A stretch of DNA of 64,000 nucleotides from an uncultured Bacteriovoracaceae bacterium. Its GTDB lineage: Bacteria; Bdellovibrionota; UBA2428. The DNA lies in NCBI GenBank assembly GCA_937952285.1, contig CALFZE010000104.1, forward strand, positions 1,932 through 65,931, in the 5' to 3' direction. Of this stretch, positions 38,367 through 47,865 are shown one piece after another (within the stretch, counting starts at the first letter, position 1; every line of letters begins with the position of its first letter). A program made the translations under genes and the position numbers. Under the pieces are notes generated by a model that was not told the origin of the DNA, searched no databases, and saw nothing but the letters and a program-made list of their open reading frames with translations.

Positions 38367-40277
38367 GTGAAGCTCCAAAGATTCCGGGAATCCAAAGTCC
38401 GCGTCCAAGCCCGTTTTCGGATCCTGAAGGCCTTCATCCACGTGAACCTCGCCTACCTCAAACGGATCATCCTGCGGCTCTTCCGAGGCATCCGCGAACG
38501 GCAGTTCATGAGCTACATGAAGATCTTCATCATGTGCTTTCAAAAGCACGCCGCCAAGTTCATCGAAAACTTCACCGACATGACCGAAGGCATGGGCGAC
38601 CTGCAGCACCCACGCCTGCGTAAGCTGCGCGCCATTTCCCTCGGCCTGCACGCCAACATGGCCCGGGACGACCGCTTCGGCTTTTCGATTCTGGTGCCCG
38701 TCTACAAGCCCCGCCCGGACTTCTTCCGCAAAGCCCTCGAGTCCATGCTCGACCAGACCTCGCCCCGCTTCGAGATCCTCGTGGGCTTCGACGGGCCGCA
38801 ACCCGAAGCCGTGGTCGAAGTCGTGGCCGAGCTCCGACGCGCCCGGCCGCAGGAAGCCGAACGCATCCGCGTCATAGAATGTGACCGTTCCCAAGGGGGC
38901 GGGATTTCGCGCACGACGAACCGCCTGGCCGCCGAGGCCCGCCACGAATTCTTGCTCCTCATGGATCACGACGATTGGATCCGGCCGGACCTTCTCTTTC
39001 GCTACGAGCAAACGCTCCGAAGCGCCGCGAGCCCCGAAACCACCGTCCTCTACTGCGACGAATTCAAGATCAACGAACGCGACCAAACGATCATCACGAG
39101 CTCGCTACGCAAGCCCGACGCACCGGTTTTCCCCTACATCTTCATCAACTGGATCTGCCACGCCCTCCTCGTCCACCGATCGCTGTGGCAGAAGACCGCG
39201 GGTCTGCGTCCGGATTTCGATGGCGCGCAGGACTACGACCTTTGCCTCCGGCTTGATCTCGCCGGCGCCCGCTTCGTGAACGTGCCCGTTTTGCTCTACG
39301 CCTGGCGTGCCCACTCCGGCAGCACGGCCGGATCGATCAACCAGAAAGACTACGCCTCGGAGCGCGGACTCAACGCCCTTACGGACTACGTGCGGGCCAA
39401 GGGACTAGACTGGGACACGGCGCCCGGAAAGTTCCCCACTTCCTACCGCGGCATCCCGCGCCGCAAGGATCGACCCAAAGTGCTGGCCGTCGTTCCCTTC
39501 CGAAACCAGGGGGACATGACGGTCGCCGCGGTTCGCAAGGCCCTCGCTTCGACCGACGTCGAAGTCCAGGTCTGCTGCATCGACAACGGCAGCACGGACA
39601 AGGGCATCGCGCCCCGGCTGGAAGCCCTCGGCGCCGAAGTTCTGCATTCCGACGAGCCCTTCAACTTTTCGCGACTCAACAACATCGCGATCGAGCGTTC
39701 CCGCTACCGCGAGGCACCGTACGTGCTCTTCCTCAACAACGACGTCGAGCTCGAGCCCAATGCCCTTCACGAAATGACCCGTTGGATCGACCAACCCGGC
39801 ATCGGGATGGTCGGCTGCCAACTTTTCTATCCCAAGGACTACGATAAAGAACCCATCCTTCAGCACGGCGGCGTCGAGCTCGACCCGAACGGCCGACACT
39901 TCACGATGCAGTGGGCCCACGTCGACAAGATGTCCTTCGAGGTCTTCTCGGGCTTTTCGCGGGTCCCCCAAGTCGTCGACGCCGTCACGGCGGCCTGCGC
40001 CCTCGTCCGCCGCTCGGATTTCCTCGCGGTTGGCGGCTTCGACGAGATTTACTACCCCATCGCCTTCAGCGACACGGACCTCGCCGTGAAGCTACGGCGA
40101 AAGGGCTTGCTTTGTTTCCAGACGCCCTACGCTCGCGGCATCCACCACGAAAGCATTTCGCGCGACTACGGCAACATCGAGGATTTCGAGGCGAGCCGCT
40201 GGCTTTATCAGCGACTCCGCACCTCGATCGCCGACGATCCGCTCCACGCCATCCGCGGCGTGCCGAAGGTTGAGTGA
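38367..40277 (+). CDS. Two-domain GT2 glycosyltransferase (O-antigen RfbC/WbbL-type)
   Basis: FSILVPVY, MDHDD, YCDE, FDGAQDYDL and LYAWR. Second domain: IDNGS, PFNFSRLNN, LFLNND and AVTAAC. Start uncertain (frame open from 38214). Confidence 0.9.
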   Translation: MKLQRFRESKVRVQARFRILKAFIHVNLAYLKRIILRLFRGIRERQFMSYMKIFIMCFQKHAAKFIENFTDMTEGMGDLQHPRLRKLRAISLGLHANMARDDRFGFSILVPVYKPRPDFFRKALESMLDQTSPRFEILVGFDGPQPEAVVEVVAELRRARPQEAERIRVIECDRSQGGGISRTTNRLAAEARHEFLLLMDHDDWIRPDLLFRYEQTLRSAASPETTVLYCDEFKINERDQTIITSSLRKPDAPVFPYIFINWICHALLVHRSLWQKTAGLRPDFDGAQDYDLCLRLDLAGARFVNVPVLLYAWRAHSGSTAGSINQKDYASERGLNALTDYVRAKGLDWDTAPGKFPTSYRGIPRRKDRPKVLAVVPFRNQGDMTVAAVRKALASTDVEVQVCCIDNGSTDKGIAPRLEALGAEVLHSDEPFNFSRLNNIAIERSRYREAPYVLFLNNDVELEPNALHEMTRWIDQPGIGMVGCQLFYPKDYDKEPILQHGGVELDPNGRHFTMQWAHVDKMSFEVFSGFSRVPQVVDAVTAACALVRRSDFLAVGGFDEIYYPIAFSDTDLAVKLRRKGLLCFQTPYARGIHHESISRDYGNIEDFEASRWLYQRLRTSIADDPLHAIRGVPKVE

Positions 40278-40950
40278 GCAAGCCATGCTGCGCACCGTCG
40301 TCCAGAAAACTCGCGATTTCCTGAAACGCATTTCCCGCCATTCGCGTTCCCAGGCCTATTGGAAGAAGGCGACAACGACTTTTCTCGCGCCGCCCGAATA
40401 CTATGATCGTCAGGAAGCCATTATGCGGGAAAGCCTTTTCCCGCGTTTGCCCGACGGGGGCGCCGTACTGGACATCGGCTGCGGTAATGGGCGTTTTACC
40501 TTGCTCTTCGCCGAACGCGCGCGCAGCGTCCTGGGCATCGATATTTCGCCTTCGCTCGTCGCCGAAGCGACGAAGATCGCCGCCGAGCGCAACCGCGCGA
40601 ACGTCGAGTACAAGACCATCGATCTCCTGAAAGAAGAGATCCATGGCGTTTTCGACGTCGTCTCTTGCCTCGGCGTGACGTCTTGCATCGCGAACGAAGA
40701 CCTCTTTCGCAAGACCGTCCGCCGTTTGCAGACCCTCGCTCGACCCGATGGCTACGTTGTCACGAAGGAATCCCTGAGCCTGGCCAATGACGACGTTCAC
40801 GAATCCAACGGCTACGTTGCGACCTATCGCAATATCGACCGCTACCTGAAAGAATTCGAAGGCGTGGGACTGCGCCTCGATCACGAGATCGAGCTCGCCA
40901 ACTTCAGCGGCAAAACAAACCGTTTCTTCGTCTTCCGAAAATCGCCCTAA
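40270..40950 (+). CDS. Class I SAM-dependent methyltransferase
   Basis: VLDIGCGNGRF, GIDISP and FDVV motifs. The start may be ATG 40285. Confidence 0.85.
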   Translation: MSEQAMLRTVVQKTRDFLKRISRHSRSQAYWKKATTTFLAPPEYYDRQEAIMRESLFPRLPDGGAVLDIGCGNGRFTLLFAERARSVLGIDISPSLVAEATKIAAERNRANVEYKTIDLLKEEIHGVFDVVSCLGVTSCIANEDLFRKTVRRLQTLARPDGYVVTKESLSLANDDVHESNGYVATYRNIDRYLKEFEGVGLRLDHEIELANFSGKTNRFFVFRKSP

Positions 40951-42293
40951 CGGCTCGCCGGAAGGTCCGCGCCCAAGTCCCGCAGGATTCCTTCCGCCAC
41001 GCGACGGCCGCAGTTGCCATCGAAACGGTAAAGAAACTCTTCGACCGCCCCGTCGTTGCCGACGCGAGTCTTCGGAAGCGAAGCGTCCGCGAAGGCCCGC
41101 AAGAAGGCTTCCATCCCGCTGGGTTCGCGCGCGATTTCGTAGAGTTTCACGACGTCGCCTTCTTCGTTGAGGCGCGGACCACGCGGATTTTCGAGATATA
41201 AAACCGGCCGGCCCATCGGCAGAAACTCGAAGAGCAGCGACGAACAGTCGCTCATGAGGGCATCGATTCGCGTCAACAAATCGAAATACTCGGGCTCCGT
41301 GTGGAGCGTGAAGTGAGAAAACTCGCGGTCGGCGGCTTCGAGTCTTTCCCATTGTTCCGCCCGTCCCAGCTCGGCGAGCCGGCCCTTGAGGTACGGATGG
41401 GGCCTCACCACGAAATCCACTTCGCGATGCGTCCGCGTGAAAGAGAGGAAGGTCTCCAGGAAAACCGAAAACGTGCTCCACCCCGTCCCGTCAGCCAGTT
41501 CGTCGAAGTGCGGGGTCCAGAGAATGCGGCGGCGATCACCCGCCGGGCGAGTCGCCGCAGCTTGCGCCCGCCAAAGAAGATCGGACTTAGGATGCCCCGT
41601 GACGCGAACGTTCTCGCCCCGGCTTCTCGAGCTGTAGCGACGGTACATTCCCGCGAAGCGCTCCGACCGAGCGAAAACCCTCCACGCGTTGTTATGCAGA
41701 AAGGCGTCGAACTGGTTGCGATGCCAAGCGCCGATCTCGAAGCCATAGGGCACATAGGCCAGCCGCGCGATCCGCATGAGCGAAGCGGAACGAAGCGAGG
41801 GCGGCAGGATCTCATCGAACGGCGTCGGCAGAAAAACGACGTCCGGCTCGAAGGAGCTCACGTCGAAGTCTTCCGCTTCGATGCGAACGCCCCGAGCTGT
41901 CCATTCGGACTCAAAGCCTTCCGCCAAGGCACAGGCCTTCACGAAGAGAACTCGCGTCTTTGCCTCCAACAACGCTTCGACGACCGTTCGAACGCTCAAA
42001 AAGTGAAGCTCCGAACGCAAGATAACCACGATGTTGGCGGGCAGCCCGGCTTTGCGAAAAAGACAAAGTGCCTGGATCCTTCGCTCCCTCGCGAGAAAGT
42101 CCAGGATCGGTCCCGTGAAACCGCTTTTGGTAGGAGGCCTCGACGTCCACGCACGGGTTTGTGTTTGGTAAACACCCCAAGGATCCTTGCCCCAGCGAAT
42201 GGCCGCGCGAAGCCGCGCTTGCCCCCAAACGTAGCGAAGCGCGACCTCAACGAGTTCCGCGACGTCGTGCCAGAACCCGCGCACCTCAGCCAC
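40947..42293 (-). CDS. CDP-glycerol glycerophosphotransferase (TagF-like) family protein
   Basis: VTGHPKSD, ILWTPHF, VRPHP and DALMSDCSSLLFEF...RPV. Start set at GTG 42293 (GTG 42284 is an alternative). Confidence 0.82.
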   Translation of the reverse strand: MAEVRGFWHDVAELVEVALRYVWGQARLRAAIRWGKDPWGVYQTQTRAWTSRPPTKSGFTGPILDFLARERRIQALCLFRKAGLPANIVVILRSELHFLSVRTVVEALLEAKTRVLFVKACALAEGFESEWTARGVRIEAEDFDVSSFEPDVVFLPTPFDEILPPSLRSASLMRIARLAYVPYGFEIGAWHRNQFDAFLHNNAWRVFARSERFAGMYRRYSSRSRGENVRVTGHPKSDLLWRAQAAATRPAGDRRRILWTPHFDELADGTGWSTFSVFLETFLSFTRTHREVDFVVRPHPYLKGRLAELGRAEQWERLEAADREFSHFTLHTEPEYFDLLTRIDALMSDCSSLLFEFLPMGRPVLYLENPRGPRLNEEGDVVKLYEIAREPSGMEAFLRAFADASLPKTRVGNDGAVEEFLYRFDGNCGRRVAEGILRDLGADLPASR

Positions 42294-42942
42294 CGCCCGC
42301 CGGTTTGAAATGCTGCAAAGCCAGATTGAGATCTTCCGGGGTGTCGATCTCGAAGCAATGCACGCGGGCCGCCTTGAGCGGCAAGTAGCGCTCAAGATTC
42401 TTGAATACGTAGCCGACCTCGGGACGGATCTCGATGCCGGCGATCACGGCGATGCCGGTCCATTCGTAAGCGGTCTTGGGTGAGCGTCGAAAATCGCGGA
42501 TGACTCCCGTGGCCGGGTCGAAATCCACGTATACGGCGTCTTCCGTCTTGCTCTCGGTAATTCCGATCAAGGTTTCGCGCGGGTTCGCCTTCGCCATGAA
42601 ACGCTTGAACTCATCTTCTTCGATGAGGATATCGCCGTCGAGCGTCAAGTATCCTTCGGAAAACCCGCGGGCGCCCAGGTTGAGACTGTGGCTGTTCGAA
42701 GTCGTGCGGTAATCCGGATTCCGAACGAAGACGACGTCTTTGCGGATGCGCTTCACGCACTTCATAACTTCTTCTTCCATGAAGCCCACGACGATGTGGA
42801 TGTTCTCGAAGTCCCGGAGCAGATCGAGCTGGTACTCGATCAGTCGGCGACCACCGATCTCGACGAGACACTTGGGCATGTTCAGCTCGAGGCGGCTTCC
42901 CAGGCCCGCCGCGCAGATCACAACGTTTTTAACAGTCGACAT
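42286..42942 (-). CDS. NTP transferase (LicC-like cytidylyltransferase)
   Basis: ICAAGLGSRL..PKCLVEIGGRRLI, NPDY.TTSN.HSL, LDGD and EIDTPEDL. Confidence 0.88.
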   Translation of the reverse strand: MSTVKNVVICAAGLGSRLELNMPKCLVEIGGRRLIEYQLDLLRDFENIHIVVGFMEEEVMKCVKRIRKDVVFVRNPDYRTTSNSHSLNLGARGFSEGYLTLDGDILIEEDEFKRFMAKANPRETLIGITESKTEDAVYVDFDPATGVIRDFRRSPKTAYEWTGIAVIAGIEIRPEVGYVFKNLERYLPLKAARVHCFEIDTPEDLNLALQHFKPAGGG

Positions 42943-43520
42943 AGCGAGGCCTCATGGAAAACGACGTAGTCCGAAAGTTGGACGAGGGTCTGAATCGGCT
43001 CGTGGGTGGCTCCGAAGGCGACGCGTAGGTGCGCGTGCTCGAACATCGGCACGTCGCCCATTCCGTCGCCGATCGCTACGAGGCGATCATATTCGGAGCG
43101 GATCGATTGGATGGCCTGACCCTTATCAAGGACCGTCGTGACGGACTTGAGCCGATCGTTCTCGACCTCGGCTTCGGAGGTGAACACGCGGCAATCGAGT
43201 TTGCGCAGGAGCGGATCCACCCAAGCGCCTATGTTGCCCGTGATAACGAAGCAATCTTTGCGGTGCTCTTGGATAAAGGCGACGACATCATCGTAGAGAC
43301 GAACTTGCTCGTGGATGATCTCCTGGACACGAGAGACCGGTATCTCCGCAAGCAAACGACAACGGAGCAGGAAGGATTTCCGAAAGGGGATCAGTCCTTT
43401 GATCGTGGCCTCCGTGAGCGCGCCAATTTCCTCGAAAAGTCCGATTTCACGCGCCAGCACCGGAAGGATCTCGTCCCGCGTGATCGTGCCGTCCAGGTCA
43501 AAGCAATAGGCCGTTTTCAC
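42918..43520 (-). CDS. HAD-IB (phosphoserine phosphatase-like) hydrolase
   Basis: FDLDGTIT, ITG, K and GDGMGD motifs I-IV. Confidence 0.9.
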   Translation of the reverse strand: MKTAYCFDLDGTITRDEILPVLAREIGLFEEIGALTEATIKGLIPFRKSFLLRCRLLAEIPVSRVQEIIHEQVRLYDDVVAFIQEHRKDCFVITGNIGAWVDPLLRKLDCRVFTSEAEVENDRLKSVTTVLDKGQAIQSIRSEYDRLVAIGDGMGDVPMFEHAHLRVAFGATHEPIQTLVQLSDYVVFHEASLCRLLKTL

Positions 43521-44267
43521 CTATTCTCTCTCCAAGACGAAGAAGAACTGCGTCGTTTCCTTGCGATTCGCGAGTTCGGGCGGGAACAGTCGATCTTTCT
43601 TCGTCCAACGGAAGCCGTCCGCGACGAAGACCTTTTCGAAAGCCTCAACGAGTTCCGTTTCCGATCGGTAAATGGCACTGTAATTCTGCTTCATCTCCTC
43701 GGACCAGATGGAGTCCAAGGTCAGGCGTCCCTCGAGCCCGATGGGCTCGCGGAAAATGATGCGGGACTTGGGCGCGCAGCAAGCCTTCACATTCTCGAGA
43801 ACCTCAAGGAGGTCCCGGTCGTTGATATAAATCAGCACGCCCGCCACGATCACGAGATCGAAGCCGCCACCACCGGGGATATTCTCCGGTCGGCAGTCCT
43901 GCGCCCGCAAAACCTGGAAGCCGAAATTCGTTTCCCCCTGGAGCCGATTCCGGGCGATCTCGATCAATTTCGTACTGAGATCCACCCCGTGGTAGCGCGC
44001 CGCCTGTCCCTTGAAAGCATCCGCCCAGCGACCGATGCCGCAACCGACATCCAAAACTCGGGGTGTCGCTTCGAGTATGAGGTAAGGGGCCAGGACCTGT
44101 TTTTCGTGGGCATCTCGACGCTCGGTAAGCTCGGGGTTCGAGTCTTGATAAAGAACCGAAACGAGCGGGTGCCGTTCGTCAAACTTCTCACCCCGCTCCT
44201 CGAAAAAACGAGCAACTTCGCTATCGTCAATTTTGACCGGACGACCCAGGACTCGTTTAGGATCCAT
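43521..44267 (-). CDS. Class I SAM-dependent methyltransferase
   Basis: GAAGGA precedes ATG 44267. Motifs VLDVGCGIGRWA, GVDLS, FDLV and FREP. Confidence 0.88.
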   Translation of the reverse strand: MDPKRVLGRPVKIDDSEVARFFEERGEKFDERHPLVSVLYQDSNPELTERRDAHEKQVLAPYLILEATPRVLDVGCGIGRWADAFKGQAARYHGVDLSTKLIEIARNRLQGETNFGFQVLRAQDCRPENIPGGGGFDLVIVAGVLIYINDRDLLEVLENVKACCAPKSRIIFREPIGLEGRLTLDSIWSEEMKQNYSAIYRSETELVEAFEKVFVADGFRWTKKDRLFPPELANRKETTQFFFVLERE

Positions 44268-44418
44268 GCTTCCTTCATAGCCCAAGCCGCTTCGTCTCCA
44301 AAACGTCGCGAAGCCGCCAGCGCCACGCGGAATCGAATCATGACTCATTGCATTAACCAAGGCCTCGAAAGAAGCGTCATTAGATTTCTCGCAGCGCAAA
44401 GTGTAAGTTCCCGTAGCT

Positions 44419-45366
44419 ATGAAGAACGTCCTTATCGTCGGCGGTGCCGGCTACGTCGGTGGAGCTATCACGGATCTCGTTCAAGCGGATCCCCGTTTCA
44501 AAGTCCGCGTTTACGACAGCATCGTTTACGAAGACTCCTTCCGTAAGCCCGTCGATTTCGTTTACGGTGACGTTCGCGATACCGCGAAGCTCTTGCCCCA
44601 ACTCAAGTGGGCCGATTGCGTCGTCTGGCTCGCCGCCCTCGTCGGCGACGGCGCTTGCGCCGTGGATCCCGAACTCACGAAGGCCATCAACCAAGACTCC
44701 GTGAAGTGGCTCTCCGAGAACTTCAAGGGCCGCATCATCTTCATGTCGACCTGCTCGGTCTACGGCGCCCAAGACGCCGAGCTCGACGAATCGTCGCCGG
44801 CCACGCCGCTTTCGATCTACGCCTCGACGAAGCTCTCCGCCGAGACCTACTTGAAGGACTCGAACGCGATCATCTTCCGCCTCGGCACGCTCTTCGGCGT
44901 GGGCGACCTCTTTTCGCGCATCCGTCTCGACCTCGTCGTGAACATCCTCACCGTGCGCGCGGCCACCACCAAGAAGATCAGCGTCTTCGGCGGCAACCAG
45001 TTCCGCCCGCTCCTGCACGTGAAAGACGTCGCGCGCGCCGTCGTCATGAACCTGGAGACCTCGCACCGCGGGATCTACAACCTGCACCGCCAGAACGTGC
45101 GCATCGTCGACCTCGCGTACCAGATCCGCAACCACTTCCCGGATTGCGAGATGGAAACGACGGACCTCCCCTTCCAAGATACGCGGAACTACCGCGTCTC
45201 CTCGAAGAAAGCCTTCGAGACCTTCGGTTTCCAAGCCATCCACTCGATCGACGACGGCATCGAGGAAGTCAAAAACCTCCTCGAAACCGGTCGCATTAAA
45301 GATCTCAACCACGACCGTTACTCGAACCAGCGCTTTATCGAGAAGCTGCTGAGGCCCGCGAAGTGA
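44419..45366 (+). CDS. NAD-dependent epimerase/dehydratase (extended SDR)
   Basis: GGAGYVG, STCSVYG, YASTK (YxxxK) and FRPLLHV.D. Confidence 0.92.
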   Translation: MKNVLIVGGAGYVGGAITDLVQADPRFKVRVYDSIVYEDSFRKPVDFVYGDVRDTAKLLPQLKWADCVVWLAALVGDGACAVDPELTKAINQDSVKWLSENFKGRIIFMSTCSVYGAQDAELDESSPATPLSIYASTKLSAETYLKDSNAIIFRLGTLFGVGDLFSRIRLDLVVNILTVRAATTKKISVFGGNQFRPLLHVKDVARAVVMNLETSHRGIYNLHRQNVRIVDLAYQIRNHFPDCEMETTDLPFQDTRNYRVSSKKAFETFGFQAIHSIDDGIEEVKNLLETGRIKDLNHDRYSNQRFIEKLLRPAK

Positions 45367-45812
45367 GCCTGCCCACGCAAGCCACGCTTCTGAAGGGCGG
45401 CGTCGCCGCCGACGACCGCGGCTCGCTGCGCTTCGTGAACGACTTCGGCTTTGCCGGGGTCAAGCGTTTCTACGTCATCGAAAACCACCGCGTCGGCTAC
45501 GTCCGCGCCTGGCACGGCCACAAGAAAGAAGGCAAATACTTCTTCGCGGCCAAGGGCAGCTTCGTCATCGCCGGCGTGAAAGTCGACGACTGGGAAAAGC
45601 CCTCCAAAGACCTGCCCGTTGAGCGATTCGTCCTCTCGGACGAAAGCCCCTCGATCCTCTACTTGCCCCCCGGATACTCGAACGGTCTCATGGCGCTGAC
45701 CGAAGGCGCGAGACTCATGGTCTTCTCGACTTCTTCCCTCGACGAGAGCAAGGGCGACGACTACCGCCTGCCCGCCCGTTACTGGGATTGCTGGTCCGTC
45801 GAAGAACGCTAG
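45363..45812 (+). CDS. Sugar 3,5-epimerase-like cupin (RmlC/WxcM-like)
   Basis: DDRG, RAWHGHKKE and LYLPPGYSNG. Confidence 0.85.
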   Translation: MSLPTQATLLKGGVAADDRGSLRFVNDFGFAGVKRFYVIENHRVGYVRAWHGHKKEGKYFFAAKGSFVIAGVKVDDWEKPSKDLPVERFVLSDESPSILYLPPGYSNGLMALTEGARLMVFSTSSLDESKGDDYRLPARYWDCWSVEER

Positions 45813-45827
45813 CGAAAGGAATTAGAA

Positions 45828-46643
45828 ATGGCGAAGTATGTAGTTTTCGGAGCCCGCGGCATGGCCGGCGTGGCCGCGCATCATTATTTCAAGAGCCGCG
45901 GACATAACGTCACGGCGGTTTCCCGCGCCGAGTTCGACATCGCCCGCGATCCGGCCGACAAGATCGGTACGCTCGTGCGCGGGGCCGACGCCATCGTGAA
46001 CTGCGCGGGCGTCATCAAGCCGATGATCGCCAAGCAATCCGTCGAGGACGTGCTCAAGGTCAACGCGATCTTCCCGCGCAACCTCGCGAAGGTCGCGCGC
46101 CAAGAGAAGATCCCTTGCTTCCACCTGACGACGGACTGCGTTTGGACGGGCCGCACGGGCGCATACGACGAAGACTCGACCTTCGACGCCGAAGATCTCT
46201 ACGGCATCTCGAAGAACGCGGGCGACACGCCCGAGTGCATGACCCTGCGCACCTCGATCATCGGCGAAGAACGCGGCCAAGCCCGTTCGCTCATCGCCTG
46301 GGCCCAAAGCCAAAAGGGCAAAGAAGTGAACGGCTTCGTGAACCACCGCTGGAACGGGGTCACGACGCTCATGTTCGCCAAGGCCGTCGAGTCGATCCTT
46401 ACGGAAGGCCTCTACCAACCCGGCATCTTCCATTTGCACTCGCCGGACACCGTGACGAAGGCCGAGATGCTGCGCATCTTCAGCCGCGTCTACGACCTGG
46501 GTCTTAAGGTTAACGAGACGAACGGGGCCGAGTTCTGCGATCGCAGCATGACGTCCAAGTTCCCGCTCGCTTCGAAGCTCGTGAAGCTCACGGTCGAAGA
46601 GCAAGTCCGCGAACTGCGCGACTTCTTCAAGACGATTCCCTGA
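45828..46643 (+). CDS. RmlD-like 4-keto-sugar reductase (QnlA/WbvR-like)
   Basis: GARGMAG, NCAG, HLTTDCV, YGISK and LRTSIIG. Confidence 0.85.
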   Translation: MAKYVVFGARGMAGVAAHHYFKSRGHNVTAVSRAEFDIARDPADKIGTLVRGADAIVNCAGVIKPMIAKQSVEDVLKVNAIFPRNLAKVARQEKIPCFHLTTDCVWTGRTGAYDEDSTFDAEDLYGISKNAGDTPECMTLRTSIIGEERGQARSLIAWAQSQKGKEVNGFVNHRWNGVTTLMFAKAVESILTEGLYQPGIFHLHSPDTVTKAEMLRIFSRVYDLGLKVNETNGAEFCDRSMTSKFPLASKLVKLTVEEQVRELRDFFKTIP

Positions 46644-46666
46644 TCCTGAACTCTAAGGAGCCTGAC

Positions 46667-47860
46667 GTGACCGCCAAGAAGAAAATTGCCTTTGTGTTGG
46701 GCATCCGCCCCGATGTCATCCGCGCCGCCCTCATCCTGAAGCACCTCAAAAGCTACCCCGAGCTCGAGACCGTCTTCATCTGGTCGGGGCAGCACTACTC
46801 GGATAACCTGAAGGGCGTCTTCTTCCGCGAGCTCGGCGTCGAAGCCGAATCGATCAACCTCGAGTGCGCCGGCGAGACCGACGCCGACATCGTGGCGTCG
46901 ATGATCTCCAAGCTCTACGGCGCGCTCAAGCAGATCCAGCCTGAAGCCTGCGTCTTCTTGGGCGACACGAACACGACCACGGGCGCCGTGGCCTGCACCC
47001 AGCTCAACATCCCGATCGTGCACATCGAAGGCTGCATGCGCTCCTACGACTGGCGCATGCCCGAAGAGAAGTACCGCACGCTCATCGATCACCTGTCGGA
47101 TATCATCTACGCTTACTTCGACGAATATAAGACCCAAGGCATTCGCGAAGGCATTTCGCCCGACAAGATCGTCGTCGTGGGCAACCCGATCGTCGACATC
47201 TTGAATCACTTCTACTTCAGCCGTCTCGAGCACTTCGAGAAGCTCGCGAGCCCCGAATTCTTTTCGAGCCGTGGGCTCGAAAAGGGCCGTTACTACGTCA
47301 TGACGAGCCACCGCCGCGAGAACGTCGAGAACCTCGACTCGCTCCGCGCGATCCTGACGCTCGCGGGTGCGGGCCAGTACCCCGTGTTCTTTCCGGCCAG
47401 CTACCGTACGCAGAAAGTCATCGCGCAGAACAACATCGAGGTCCCGAAGAACGTCCGCGTCGTCGACCCCATCGGCTACGAAGAGATTCTCGCGCTGCTC
47501 GTGCACTCGCGTGGATGCCTCACGGACTCGGGCACGGTCGTCGAGGAAACCTGCGTCTTGGGCGTCCCCTCGGTGCAGATGCGCCGCTCGACCGAGCGCC
47601 CGCAAGTTTACGACGTCGGCTCGAGCGTGAAGTTCGATCCCTCGGAGCCGGGCAAGTACCCGGCCGCGACCGTCTTCAAGAAGCTCGATGGCCTCTTCGG
47701 CAAGAAGTGGACGCACACGCTCGGCGACGGCCAAACCTCGCAGCGCATCGCCGAAGACCTGCGCCGACGCGCGGCCGAAGGGCGTTTCCGCCAACACCGG
47801 CCGCAGGACTACCACTTCCCGATCGAGCGCTCGTACCGCGATGACGGTTTGCCGTCCTAA
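46667..47860 (+). CDS. UDP-N-acetylhexosamine 2-epimerase family (FnlC/QnlB-like)
   Basis: GIRPD, GQHYS, LGDTN, HIEG..RSYD..MPEE..R, HRRENV and TDSG..EE. Confidence 0.9.
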   Translation: MTAKKKIAFVLGIRPDVIRAALILKHLKSYPELETVFIWSGQHYSDNLKGVFFRELGVEAESINLECAGETDADIVASMISKLYGALKQIQPEACVFLGDTNTTTGAVACTQLNIPIVHIEGCMRSYDWRMPEEKYRTLIDHLSDIIYAYFDEYKTQGIREGISPDKIVVVGNPIVDILNHFYFSRLEHFEKLASPEFFSSRGLEKGRYYVMTSHRRENVENLDSLRAILTLAGAGQYPVFFPASYRTQKVIAQNNIEVPKNVRVVDPIGYEEILALLVHSRGCLTDSGTVVEETCVLGVPSVQMRRSTERPQVYDVGSSVKFDPSEPGKYPAATVFKKLDGLFGKKWTHTLGDGQTSQRIAEDLRRRAAEGRFRQHRPQDYHFPIERSYRDDGLPS

Positions 47861-47865
47861 ACGAG

